Positions 1-8,933 of a DNA stretch of 64,000 nucleotides are shown here, one piece after another. The position numbers and the translations under genes are program-made. This stretch comes from a virus (taxonomy: Duplodnaviria; Caudoviricetes): positions 41 to 64,040 of the IMG/VR virus record IMGVR_UViG_3300044695_005922. One strand, written 5' to 3'. A model generated the notes under the pieces. That model was not told where the DNA came from. It did not search any database and saw only the letters and a list, made by a program, of their open reading frames with translations. The first letter of the stretch is position 1. The number at the start of each line of letters is the position of its first letter.

Positions 1-228
1 GAAGGAAGCGCACCAATTACATTTGTAAGTGCAACGGAAGGATTCAGAATGTTGGATGTACAGCATACAAGAAAAGATGCACCTGGTATGTATACATCTA
101 ATATAGAAACTGTGGAGTCGAAAACAGGACAGTTAGTATTATTTCCAAGTTGGGTTCAACACTACGTTCCACCAAATAAAACCAATATGAGAATTACGTT
201 AAGTTTCAATACACAATATAACTTATGA
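1..228 (+). CDS. Partial 2OG-Fe(II) oxygenase (TIGR02466-like), 5' end outside window
   Basis: Frame +1 read by hand: ...GQLVLFPSWVQHYVPPNKTNMRITLSFN, the typical C-terminal H...RxxxSFN motif; its stop overlaps the next ATG (ATGA). Confidence 0.75.
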   Translation, partial: EGSAPITFVSATEGFRMLDVQHTRKDAPGMYTSNIETVESKTGQLVLFPSWVQHYVPPNKTNMRITLSFNTQYNL

Positions 229-611
229 GTCGTAAGAAAAAAGAAACTAAGTGTACAAGTAATAAAATTGAGCAAACTGTTTCTACAATATTAACGAGAC
301 TTAATCTTCCTTTTGAAGAACAAGTTTCAGTGGATAGATACACCGTTGATTTTTTGGTAAATAAAAAATATATCGTGGAATGTTATGGTGACTTTTGGCA
401 CTGTAACCCACAGCAATACACTTCTTCCTATTTTAATAAAGGTAAGAAAAAGACAGCCGAAGAAATTTGGCAACGTGATAATGAACGAAAGAAAAAATTT
501 GAGCAGATGGGATTTAAATTTTTATGTTTGTGGGAAAACGACATTAGAAATAATCCGAAAATTGTTCAATCAAAAATAAAGAAACATATTAAATTGGATG
601 AGGGGTCATGA
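225..611 (+). CDS. Vsr/DUF559-like endonuclease
   Basis: YTVDFL..IVECYGDFWH..RDNER..GFKFLCLWE motifs. Confidence 0.75.
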   Translation: MSRKKKETKCTSNKIEQTVSTILTRLNLPFEEQVSVDRYTVDFLVNKKYIVECYGDFWHCNPQQYTSSYFNKGKKKTAEEIWQRDNERKKKFEQMGFKFLCLWENDIRNNPKIVQSKIKKHIKLDEGS

Positions 612-1045
612 GAATTTTACTATTTGGTTTACCTGGTTCTGGGAAAACTACATTAGCACAAGAGTTGGTTAAGTTACTTCCAAACGCGGGTCATTTAAAC
701 GCAGATGCAGTACGGAAAGCATTTGATGATTGGGATTTCAGTCCTGCGGGTCGTGCACGACAAGCTCTCCGTATGAGAACAATGGCCGATGATTTACTAA
801 CAAATGAAAATATTAAATATGTTATTGCGGATTTCGTAGCCCCAACCGCAGAACTTCGTGCTATCTACGAACCACATTTTGCAGTCTGGATGGATACTAT
901 TGAAGAAGGTCGGTTTGAAGATACCAATAAAGCGTGGCGAGTACCTACTGACAACGAATATAACGATCGTATTACACAATTTAATCCCGTAGAGGAAGAG
1001 GCACAGAGAATATGCAATTTAATTCTAAAGCATCAACAGTGTTAA
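608..1045 (+). CDS. cysC: Adenylylsulfate (APS) kinase-like P-loop kinase
   Basis: GLPGSGKTT, LNADAVR, DWDFSPAGRARQ, ADFVAP motifs. Confidence 0.75.
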   Translation: MRILLFGLPGSGKTTLAQELVKLLPNAGHLNADAVRKAFDDWDFSPAGRARQALRMRTMADDLLTNENIKYVIADFVAPTAELRAIYEPHFAVWMDTIEEGRFEDTNKAWRVPTDNEYNDRITQFNPVEEEAQRICNLILKHQQC

Positions 1046-1120
1046 TGATTTTTTGTAAAAATCGGTGTTTTTGAGAGGCTTAATGATAAGTATAAGTATA
1101 TGGTATTTTTGGAGATACAC

Positions 1121-1783
1121 ATGGCTTATACTTATTTATTAACTCACATACCCACTGGAAAACGATACTATGGTGTAAAATACGGTAAAAACTCACATCC
1201 AGAAAATTTATGGATTACTTATTTTTCAAGTTCTAAAATAGTAAAAGATTTAATAAAATCATATGGTAAGGATAGTTTTATAGCAGAGGTTAGAAAACTA
1301 TTTGATACCCCAGAAGAAGCATTTGCGTGGGAACAAAAATTAATAAAGAAATGTAATTTAATACATAACACAAATTGGCTGAATGAAGGGTGTTTTGGAA
1401 CTGGTAATCTAACATATGCTATGAAATACAAAACAAAAGAGCATATTGAAAAAGTGACTAAAAGTAGATTGAGTAAAAATTACAAACATTCACTGGAAAC
1501 TCGTGAAAAAATAAAAGAAGCAAATTTACGAAGAACCGAAGATTGGAAAAATAAAATATCTGATAGTTTAACTGGAAAAAAACAGAGTGATGAAACCATA
1601 CAAAAACGATCAGAAAAAATTAAAGAATTTTGGAGCAATCCAAAAAATAAAGAAATGATGCGAAAAAAACAAAAAGATGCATGGAAAAGTGGGCAACGAA
1701 AAACAAAACATGTATCGGAAGAAACGAAAAGAAAAATTAGTGAAACCTTAAAGAAAAAACACAGAGGTGAACATGCAGTTTAA
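1121..1783 (+). CDS. Free-standing GIY-YIG (Seg-like) homing endonuclease with NUMOD3 repeats
   Basis: YTYLLT..GKRYYGVK and YFSSS; repeats HSLETREKIKE, QSDETIQKRSE, VSEETKRKISE; GGAG before ATG 1121. Confidence 0.8.
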   Translation: MAYTYLLTHIPTGKRYYGVKYGKNSHPENLWITYFSSSKIVKDLIKSYGKDSFIAEVRKLFDTPEEAFAWEQKLIKKCNLIHNTNWLNEGCFGTGNLTYAMKYKTKEHIEKVTKSRLSKNYKHSLETREKIKEANLRRTEDWKNKISDSLTGKKQSDETIQKRSEKIKEFWSNPKNKEMMRKKQKDAWKSGQRKTKHVSEETKRKISETLKKKHRGEHAV

Positions 1784-2129
1784 CCCCAAAGCACCCACTG
1801 GACTTATGGTGGGAAGATATCAACCCTGGCACAAAGGTCATCGTGCTCTATTTGAAAAGATTTTATCTATTGCAGGACAAGTATGTATCGGTATTCGTGA
1901 TACTCACGGAACAACCGAAAAAGATCCATTGCCAATCGAAGATGTTATTTCTAGAATTCACGACGATTTAGGACAAGATTACGCAGGTAAGTATACTATT
2001 TGGCAATTACCAAATATTTCTGGTGTATATTATGGTCGTGATGTTGGGTATAAAGTCGAACAAATTAAGTTGGATGATGAAATTGAATCAATTAGTGCAA
2101 CTCAAATTCGTAAGGAACTAGGAATATGA
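1773..2129 (+). CDS. HxGH nucleotidyltransferase (cytidylyltransferase-like), partner of the APS kinase domain
   Basis: GRYQPWHKGH, YGRDVGY, ISATQIR; GAGG before ATG 1773. Confidence 0.75.
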   Translation: MQFNPKAPTGLMVGRYQPWHKGHRALFEKILSIAGQVCIGIRDTHGTTEKDPLPIEDVISRIHDDLGQDYAGKYTIWQLPNISGVYYGRDVGYKVEQIKLDDEIESISATQIRKELGI

Positions 2130-2788
2130 TTATAAATGATACTAGTGGTAATCAATGGTGTTATGTAAAAATACCACGAACAGGTACGAAAGCATATAAC
2201 AGTTTATTTGATGAATCATTTGCAAGTGAATTAAAAAATAATAAATTCTATCCAATTGGGCACGCACCATACAGTACATTATCAACAATCAATGATAGTT
2301 CTGTTAAGTACTTCGCAGTAGTTAGAAATCCTGTTGATAGATTTATTTCTTCTTTGCGTTATATGTTTGAACGCAGAGCAACAGATCGTAGAATTTCTTT
2401 TATAATTCCAAATGATACTATTCATAATATGGTTACGTTTTTCTATGAAAATTTCAATAGAAATTGTCAACCAAAAGGAAACACATTAGGTGAAATATTT
2501 AATGTACAATCCGAATGGTTTATTGGTTCATTTTTTAAAACACAAAAGTACTGGGCAAGCAGTTCGGAAATCACTGTGTTTAAATATGAAAACATATCTG
2601 AATTTAATAACTGGATAACAAATAATTTTACATACGACATCAGTAAACTTGAAGCATTAGACTTGATAGAAACTGATCCTTTGAATCACCTAGACTTTAC
2701 TGATCCTGAATTTATTGAGTTGGTGGAGCATTTGTTCCACGAAGATTTTATTACATTTAATTACCCATTAAATTATTTAACTGATTAA
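2126..2788 (+). CDS. Sulfotransferase family 2 protein
   Basis: 5'-PSB-like YVKIPRTGTKA and 3'-PB-like FAVVRNPVDRFIS. Confidence 0.75.
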   Translation: MIINDTSGNQWCYVKIPRTGTKAYNSLFDESFASELKNNKFYPIGHAPYSTLSTINDSSVKYFAVVRNPVDRFISSLRYMFERRATDRRISFIIPNDTIHNMVTFFYENFNRNCQPKGNTLGEIFNVQSEWFIGSFFKTQKYWASSSEITVFKYENISEFNNWITNNFTYDISKLEALDLIETDPLNHLDFTDPEFIELVEHLFHEDFITFNYPLNYLTD

Positions 2789-2790
2789 TT

Positions 2791-3006
2791 ATGGTTCATG
2801 TAAAGAGACACGTTGCAAAAACAATAAGTTATAGAATTCTTAGTACTACTATTGGATTTTTTACTATATGGGTTGTTAGTGGATCTATAAAAGTTGGTGC
2901 TGCATTTGGTATAGCAGAATTATTGTGGAAACCAATACAATATTATATTCACGAAAGAGTTTGGTATAGATGGATAAAATTCGGAGTTGACAAAGACGCC
3001 GACTAA
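2791..3006 (+). CDS. DUF2061-like small membrane protein
   Basis: RHVAKTISYRI...YYIHERVW pattern, two hydrophobic helices. Confidence 0.7.
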   Translation: MVHVKRHVAKTISYRILSTTIGFFTIWVVSGSIKVGAAFGIAELLWKPIQYYIHERVWYRWIKFGVDKDAD

Positions 3007-3015
3007 GGATATATT
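2987..3015 (+). promoter_or_regulatory. sigma70-like promoter for the DNA polymerase gene
   Basis: TTGACA-N17-TATATT. Confidence 0.7.
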
Positions 3016-3043
3016 AAGAGAGACTATCAAGGAGAACTCGTTA

Positions 3044-5566
3044 ATGTATCAGAATATTTTTATTGAAGATGGTGAAGGTCGTGGTATAGTACATCTCTGG
3101 GATGACCAGGAAGGCTATACCACGTTGCCGTTTTCACAGTTTGATTATGCATATAAGGCTGACCGTAATGGGTCTAAGTTGAGTATGACAGGTGTTCGTG
3201 TTAGTAAAACCAAGATGTATAAGTGGGATGACCCAACCTTATTTGAAAGTGATATTCCCCGTGAAACGCGTGTAATCACAGATTTATATTTGGATAGTGA
3301 CGAACCATCAAAGGGTCACAAAGTTATTTTCTTTGACATTGAGGTGTCAATGGAAAATGGTATTCCGAATATTGAAAACCCGAACAATGAAGTTACCGCC
3401 GTTACCCTTTATGATAATGTCACGAAGGAATATACGGTATTGGTACTAGACAAAACAGGGTCTAGACAAAATTATAAGAAGGGTGATATTGACACGTACT
3501 TCTTTGATAACGAACTAGACTTACTTTACAAGTTCATTGATGTATATGAAGCTATCGGTCCCACTATTATTACGGGATGGAATAGTGATTATTTTGACGT
3601 ACCCTATCTTTACAATCGGTTAAAGCAACAGTGTGGAAACGGTATTGCAAACCGACTGTCCCCTATTGGAAAGTTGAAGTATTCCAAGTTTCGTAAGAAG
3701 TGGATGATTGCCGGTGTGACATCACTGGATTATCTTGACCTTTATAAGAAGTTCACCTACGGACAACAGCAAAACTATCGTCTGGATACGATTGGTCGTA
3801 TTGAAGTTGGTATGGGTAAGGTAGAATACGAAGGGTCACTTGATGACCTGTTTGAAAATGACCTTGATAAGTTTATTGATTATAACGTGCAAGACGTACG
3901 TATCATTGTGGAAATTGACAAGAAAATGAAGTTGATTGAGTTGGTTCGTGGTATTTGTCACGTTGGTCATGTACAATACGAAGATTATTGTTACAGCTCT
4001 AAGTTCCTCGAAGGAACAATCATTACCTATCTACACCGTAAGGGATTAGTGGTAAGCAACAAGCCTGCCGATGGTCGGCAGTTGATGAATGACCGTGTAG
4101 AGAATAATGACGAAGGATTCTCTGGTGCATACGTGAAACCTCCTGTACCAGGTTTGTACGATTGGATTTATTCACTCGACTTGCAATCACTGTACCCAAG
4201 TATCATTATGAGTCTCAATATTAGTCCAGAGACTAAACGAGGGTTTGTGACGAATTGGGACGTTGAGAAGCATCGTAAGGGTGAAATTGATATCTATCTG
4301 GTACGTGATAAGGACACGGACGCGATTACTCGTTTGCCTCGTGAAAACTTTATTAAGTTTATGAACACGGCAAATATGTACATCAGTTCTAATGGTGTAT
4401 TGTATGATGCTAACAAGACGGGTATTATTCCAGAAGTACTTGACCGTTGGTTCGCAGAACGAGTAGAATATAAGAATTTGATGAAGAAGTATAAGAACGA
4501 AGGTAACGCAGAGTTGGCAGACTATTACGATCGTCGTCAACACATTCAGAAGATTTTCTTGAATTCCTTGTATGGTGTTCTTGGACTTCCTATCTTCCGT
4601 TTCTTTGACATTGACAACGCATTGGCCGTTACAGCAACGGGACAAGATGTTATTAAGAATAGTGCAGAGTTTGCAAATAATTTGTATAACGACAGACTGA
4701 AAGACGATAAGGATTATTGTATCTATATTGATACCGACTCGCTATACTTTTCATCCAAAGCACTACTACCAGAAAACGCAGAACCAAAGGACTTTACTAT
4801 TAAATTGGCTCGTGCGGTGGAAAACAAGTTGAACGACTACTATAACGTAATGTCGAAGGAATTGTTTTTCTGCGATAAGCACAGGTTCTATATTAAGGGT
4901 GAGTCTGTCGCCAGTAAGGGTGTGTGGATTGCTAAGAAGCGATACGCTATGAACGCGGTGTATGATTTGGAATCTAACCTAGATATTGATAATAAAATCA
5001 AGATTAAGGGATTGGATGTAGTACGGTCAACATTTCCGCCGGCATTCCGTACGTTTATGAATGGGGTATTAAAGGACGTACTAGGTGGTATCACCAAGGG
5101 TGATATGGATAAAAAAGTATTAGATTTTCGTGTCGCGTTGGATAATGAGAACTATATCAACGTTGCTAGAAACACATCAGTTAAAAACATCTCAGAATAC
5201 GAAAAGGGTGCCGGTAAACAGTTGGGTGAGTTTAAGAAGGGAACTCCCGCACACGTAAAGGCGTGTATTACATACAATCGAATGTTGCGTCATTTTAACA
5301 TACAAAACAAGTATGAAAAAATTTCAGACGGTGAAAAGATTAAGTATGTGTATCTCAAAACAAATCCGTGGAATCTAGAAACCATTGCCGTAAAGGGATA
5401 CAATGACCCGAAGGAAATTACGGATATCGCTTCGCAGTATATTGATTACGAGGCATTGTTCGTGAACGAGTTAAAAACAAAACTAGAAGATTTTTACAGT
5501 GCATTGGGATGGGGACTTCTTCCTACTGATGTCAATCAAAAAGCAGATGAATTCTTTTCATTCTAA
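3044..5566 (+). CDS. Family B DNA polymerase (T4 gp43-like)
   Basis: ExoI DIE, ExoII GWNSDYFD, ExoIII YNVQD, DLQSLYPS, KIFLNSLYG, YIDTDS; AAGGAG before ATG 3044. Confidence 0.97.
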   Translation: MYQNIFIEDGEGRGIVHLWDDQEGYTTLPFSQFDYAYKADRNGSKLSMTGVRVSKTKMYKWDDPTLFESDIPRETRVITDLYLDSDEPSKGHKVIFFDIEVSMENGIPNIENPNNEVTAVTLYDNVTKEYTVLVLDKTGSRQNYKKGDIDTYFFDNELDLLYKFIDVYEAIGPTIITGWNSDYFDVPYLYNRLKQQCGNGIANRLSPIGKLKYSKFRKKWMIAGVTSLDYLDLYKKFTYGQQQNYRLDTIGRIEVGMGKVEYEGSLDDLFENDLDKFIDYNVQDVRIIVEIDKKMKLIELVRGICHVGHVQYEDYCYSSKFLEGTIITYLHRKGLVVSNKPADGRQLMNDRVENNDEGFSGAYVKPPVPGLYDWIYSLDLQSLYPSIIMSLNISPETKRGFVTNWDVEKHRKGEIDIYLVRDKDTDAITRLPRENFIKFMNTANMYISSNGVLYDANKTGIIPEVLDRWFAERVEYKNLMKKYKNEGNAELADYYDRRQHIQKIFLNSLYGVLGLPIFRFFDIDNALAVTATGQDVIKNSAEFANNLYNDRLKDDKDYCIYIDTDSLYFSSKALLPENAEPKDFTIKLARAVENKLNDYYNVMSKELFFCDKHRFYIKGESVASKGVWIAKKRYAMNAVYDLESNLDIDNKIKIKGLDVVRSTFPPAFRTFMNGVLKDVLGGITKGDMDKKVLDFRVALDNENYINVARNTSVKNISEYEKGAGKQLGEFKKGTPAHVKACITYNRMLRHFNIQNKYEKISDGEKIKYVYLKTNPWNLETIAVKGYNDPKEITDIASQYIDYEALFVNELKTKLEDFYSALGWGLLPTDVNQKADEFFSF

Positions 5567-5575
5567 GAGGTTATT

Positions 5576-6838
5576 ATGGAACGACCAAACAAGATTACGT
5601 TTTATAGAAATCAAAGAAATAAGTTAATCCCTGGGTGGAACGTTCGTTCTGCATCACCAAAAAGAACGTGGATGGACGAGTATAAGCATATGTACCGATG
5701 CCTTCCAATGACTATCGCAAATCAAAACGGATGGGTTATTGAATGTCCGTGTGACATCAGTGCTGTTTGGTTTGGTGGGCAAGACAAACGTTCTATGCAC
5801 TTTTGGTTGGACCCAGAATATAACGTACCAAATCAGTGGGTGAAGTGTCATTTTGTTGGCGGAGTTATTACGTTTGAATTTGATTTCTTAGTTAAAACAA
5901 ACGAAAAAGTTAATATGTTGGTTCGTGGTGCACCAAACTTCTTTATTGATGGGGCACATCCGTTGGAGGGGGTAGTTGAAACAGATTGGTTAAACTACAC
6001 ATTTACAATGAACTGGCGTGTTACAGAAATAAATAAAATTGTAAAGTTTAAAAAAGGTGACCCCATCTGTTTCATTCAACCAATTCCACACAATTATGCG
6101 GAAACGTTTGATTTTGAAATTAAACACTTGGATGAAAATCCTGAGTTGTATGAAAAATTTCATACGTATAATAATTCACGTATGCAATTCAGTGCAGATA
6201 AAAAAGCTGGAAAGCATAACAAGGATTGGCAACGGCATTATTTTAATGGAATGGAAGTAGGAAATAATACGGAAATAGGTGAGGACAGACACGCTATCAA
6301 ATTAAACTTGGTTGATCCCAAAGATCAAAAATTGGTGTCCAACACGGTTATCGTCACGAACACCCAGTATAATCACAATCACACCGATACGTTTGTCAAT
6401 GTAAATGAAGTGAAAAAGACAGCATACGAGTATGTACGAGACTGTATCAAAACCGATACATCACCAAGTCCGATTCATGGTATCGGAACGTTTGCTCTCC
6501 GTGATATTAAAAAAGGTGAAGAAGTATTTCCAAAATGGATGGGTGAAAGTGGTACATATGGTATAACCCCAAACGAATTTAATGCATTACCAACATACGT
6601 GCAGAATATTATTCTGAAATCGTATGAAAATACCAAAGAAAATTTCTATTGGTTCAAGTTACATAAAGACGGTTGTTTTAACTTAGCTAATCCCTATGTG
6701 TATATGAACACCGCAGAAGAAAATGGTAACGTGGATTCCAACACAGGAAAAGCATTAAAAGATATTAGTTCGGGTGAAGAAATTTTGGGTACTTATAAAT
6801 TAGAAAATACTAAACCTAAGTTAGAAGTTCTTAAATAG
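5576..6838 (+). CDS. DUF6065-like domain fused to a C-terminal SET-like domain
   Basis: N-term RTWMD..YRCLPMTIANQNGW..LEGVVETDW..FTMNW; C-term SPIHGIGTFALRDIKKGEEV..ALKDISSGEEILGTY. Confidence 0.7.
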   Translation: MERPNKITFYRNQRNKLIPGWNVRSASPKRTWMDEYKHMYRCLPMTIANQNGWVIECPCDISAVWFGGQDKRSMHFWLDPEYNVPNQWVKCHFVGGVITFEFDFLVKTNEKVNMLVRGAPNFFIDGAHPLEGVVETDWLNYTFTMNWRVTEINKIVKFKKGDPICFIQPIPHNYAETFDFEIKHLDENPELYEKFHTYNNSRMQFSADKKAGKHNKDWQRHYFNGMEVGNNTEIGEDRHAIKLNLVDPKDQKLVSNTVIVTNTQYNHNHTDTFVNVNEVKKTAYEYVRDCIKTDTSPSPIHGIGTFALRDIKKGEEVFPKWMGESGTYGITPNEFNALPTYVQNIILKSYENTKENFYWFKLHKDGCFNLANPYVYMNTAEENGNVDSNTGKALKDISSGEEILGTYKLENTKPKLEVLK

Positions 6839-6853
6839 TATTTAATAAAGGAC

Positions 6854-6882
6854 TTGACATTTTGTGGGATGTGGGATATATT
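6854..6882 (+). promoter_or_regulatory. sigma70-like promoter
   Basis: TTGACA-N17-TATATT; GGGATGT/ACATCCC inverted repeat flanks the -10 box. Confidence 0.75.
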
Positions 6883-6912
6883 TCATACATCCCCTATTCC
6901 TTGGAGATTAAC

Positions 6913-7035
6913 ATGCTATTCAAAACCAGTGTTATCATTGTGGGATTGTTCGCAATTTTTGTGTTGATTAGTGCAATATATGCCCATATCAGTTATGCTA
7001 TTATGAAGATGGATTCGGAGAGGGATATTTCATGA
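6913..7035 (+). CDS. 40-aa membrane peptide (not in ORF track)
   Basis: GGAG RBS; MLFKTSVIIVGLFAIFVLISAIYAHISYAIMKMDSERDIS. Confidence 0.5.
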   Translation: MLFKTSVIIVGLFAIFVLISAIYAHISYAIMKMDSERDIS

Positions 7036-7115
7036 CATGGGACTGGTTATTCGGTGCAAAGTTGTTTCTGATTTCTTTAATCATTATGTTCATCCTCGAC
7101 AGGGTTATCAAATGA
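7032..7115 (+). CDS. 27-aa hydrophobic peptide (not in ORF track)
   Basis: ATGA overlaps at both ends; MTWDWLFGAKLFLISLIIMFILDRVIK. Confidence 0.45.
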   Translation: MTWDWLFGAKLFLISLIIMFILDRVIK

Positions 7116-8212
7116 AAATCGTCAAGTCAAGTGAATGGTTGATTTCCGAAAACAAGAATGGTGGTGAAAAGTTCTGGCGGTTGCACATCGTCAAGGACGG
7201 TGCAAACTATTACACGCAGACTGAATGGTACCAGATTAGTAAGACTGGTCGTGAAACGAAACGTCAGACCTCTGAACCATACTTTGCTGCTCCCACGAAC
7301 GTTGGTCGTGCAAATGAACGAAATTCCCAAGAGCAGGCAGACTTTGAGTATGACGCCGTTATTAAGAAGCAACGTGATAAGGGATTCCGTGCAAAGGGTG
7401 AACGGAAAGATGTTCGTCCAATGCCGATGCTCGCCCATAAGTTCTCTGACCACAAGGGAAAGGTGGAGTTTCCTGTTTACGTTCAGCCCAAGTTGAACGG
7501 GATGCGAATGCTGTTCGATGGTGAGAACGGCTGGAGTCGGGGTAATAAAGAAGTTATTCCAGAAGTCATTCAGCACTTGAAGTTTGATGCAGGTGGGTTT
7601 ATTCTTGATGGTGAGTTGATGTTGCCGAACAACGTACTGTTGCAGGAGAGTATGACGGCAATCAAGAAATATCGTCCAGAATTGTCACCAAATCTTTTAT
7701 ATCACGTATATGATATTGTGGATAGTGAACTTCCTTATGCGAAACGTCAGCAGATTATTCACGATATTCTCCACGATGCTCCCCCCAACGTTGTTCGTGT
7801 TCCTACGTGGGAAGCGTTCAATGAGGCGGATGTGTTGGTCTGGCACAAGTCATTCACTCGTGATGGGTTTGAGGGAACAATGATTCGAAATCCAGATATG
7901 CAGTATGAAATTGGAAAACGGTCATATTCACTACTTAAATTAAAGGATTTTATTGATGATGAATATCGTATTGTTGATATTATTGACGGTGATGGAAGCG
8001 ATAAGAATCTCGCCATATTTATTCTCGAAACCGATGATGGACAGCATTTTAATTGCCGTCCGGAGGGATCACAAGAAAATCGTAGAGAACTTTACAAGAA
8101 CCGCTCTAAACTGATTGGTCTATATGTGACTGTGAGGTATCAAGAATTATCCAGAGATGGTATACCCATCTTCCCAGTGGGAGTCGGTATTAGAGAATTG
8201 GGAGACTTTTAA
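7112..8212 (+). CDS. lig: ATP-dependent DNA ligase
   Basis: Motif I QPKLNGMR, LDGEL, YHVYDI, FEGTMIR, LLKLK; OB-fold end VTVRYQELSRDGIPIFPV; likely start 7112. Confidence 0.92.
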   Translation: MKIVKSSEWLISENKNGGEKFWRLHIVKDGANYYTQTEWYQISKTGRETKRQTSEPYFAAPTNVGRANERNSQEQADFEYDAVIKKQRDKGFRAKGERKDVRPMPMLAHKFSDHKGKVEFPVYVQPKLNGMRMLFDGENGWSRGNKEVIPEVIQHLKFDAGGFILDGELMLPNNVLLQESMTAIKKYRPELSPNLLYHVYDIVDSELPYAKRQQIIHDILHDAPPNVVRVPTWEAFNEADVLVWHKSFTRDGFEGTMIRNPDMQYEIGKRSYSLLKLKDFIDDEYRIVDIIDGDGSDKNLAIFILETDDGQHFNCRPEGSQENRRELYKNRSKLIGLYVTVRYQELSRDGIPIFPVGVGIRELGDF

Positions 8213-8218
8213 AATACA

Positions 8219-8335
8219 GGCGGTGCAGTCGGTCGGGACGACGGTAGTAAATTGGGCTCGCTACTCGTTATATCATTTACTACGCTAGCCAAGGACTTAG
8301 GGAAACCTATGTGGGGTTCGAATCCCCCACCGCCA
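8219..8335 (+). ncRNA. tRNA-like structured RNA with non-canonical anticodon and variable regions
   Basis: Acceptor stem GGCGGTG/CACCGCC+A, D-like stem GTCG/CGAC, T arm GGGG-TTCGAAT-CCCC, 9-bp stem GTAGTAAAT/ATTTACTAC, TAGG-GAAA-CCTA hairpin. Confidence 0.65.
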
Positions 8336-8348
8336 CTGTGAGGTGATT

Positions 8349-8933
8349 ATGGCATTAGAAAACTATTTTGTAGAGCATATCAGTTTTTCGGAAACAGTTA
8401 GAAATTTTCTTCGTCGCTGGCATTATTCGGATTATGTGAATATACAAGAAAAAGAAACATTTGGATTATTTCGTGAAGGAGTATTCCTACCAGAATTGGT
8501 GGGTGTTTGCGTTTATACCCGTCCAGCAGGTGCTTCCGCGGCACAAAAATATTATCCCGCCGATCCTGACAAATGTTTGGAACTTCGTAGATTGTGTTTA
8601 ATTGATGACACACCAAAAAACGCTGAGAGTTTTTTCGTAGGTAGAACATTAAAATGGTTACGAAAAAATAGTGAGTGGAAATTCGTAGTCAGCTATGCAG
8701 ACGAACAGCAAGGACACAAAGGTATTATTTATAAAGCAGCGAACTTTAAATACGAAGGTATGACTGCACCAGGGACTACATTGATGGTAGACGGAAAATC
8801 GTTCCACGTTCGCACACTTACTATGGTGGATAGACCATACGGGGTTGAAATCAATAACAGATACAAACGTGGTGACCCAGGCGTACAGGTAATAAAAACC
8901 AAACCAAAACACATCTATACCTACGCATTATGA
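8349..8933 (+). CDS. Mom-like GNAT DNA-modification protein
   Basis: WHYS, LELRRLC, NAESFFVG, VVSYADEQQGHKGIIYKAANF, KHIY. Confidence 0.8.
   Translation: MALENYFVEHISFSETVRNFLRRWHYSDYVNIQEKETFGLFREGVFLPELVGVCVYTRPAGASAAQKYYPADPDKCLELRRLCLIDDTPKNAESFFVGRTLKWLRKNSEWKFVVSYADEQQGHKGIIYKAANFKYEGMTAPGTTLMVDGKSFHVRTLTMVDRPYGVEINNRYKRGDPGVQVIKTKPKHIYTYAL

Noticed and set aside
1046-1783. Group I intron around the endonuclease
   Set aside because: The flanks are too short and I could not find P7 or other core elements; the downstream domain has its own RBS.
2987-3043. ORF-track start of the polymerase (and similar TTG/GTG extensions at 7037, 9286, 19533, 58223, 60983)
   Set aside because: Downstream ATGs have clear RBS or ATGA coupling, and some extensions overlap promoters.
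3044-5566. Intein or intron in the DNA polymerase
   Set aside because: Length and motif spacing are normal and the ORF is uninterrupted.
8219-8335. Canonical tRNA or tmRNA
   Set aside because: No 5-bp/7-nt anticodon arm, short T stem, no G3:U70 pair, and too short for tmRNA.
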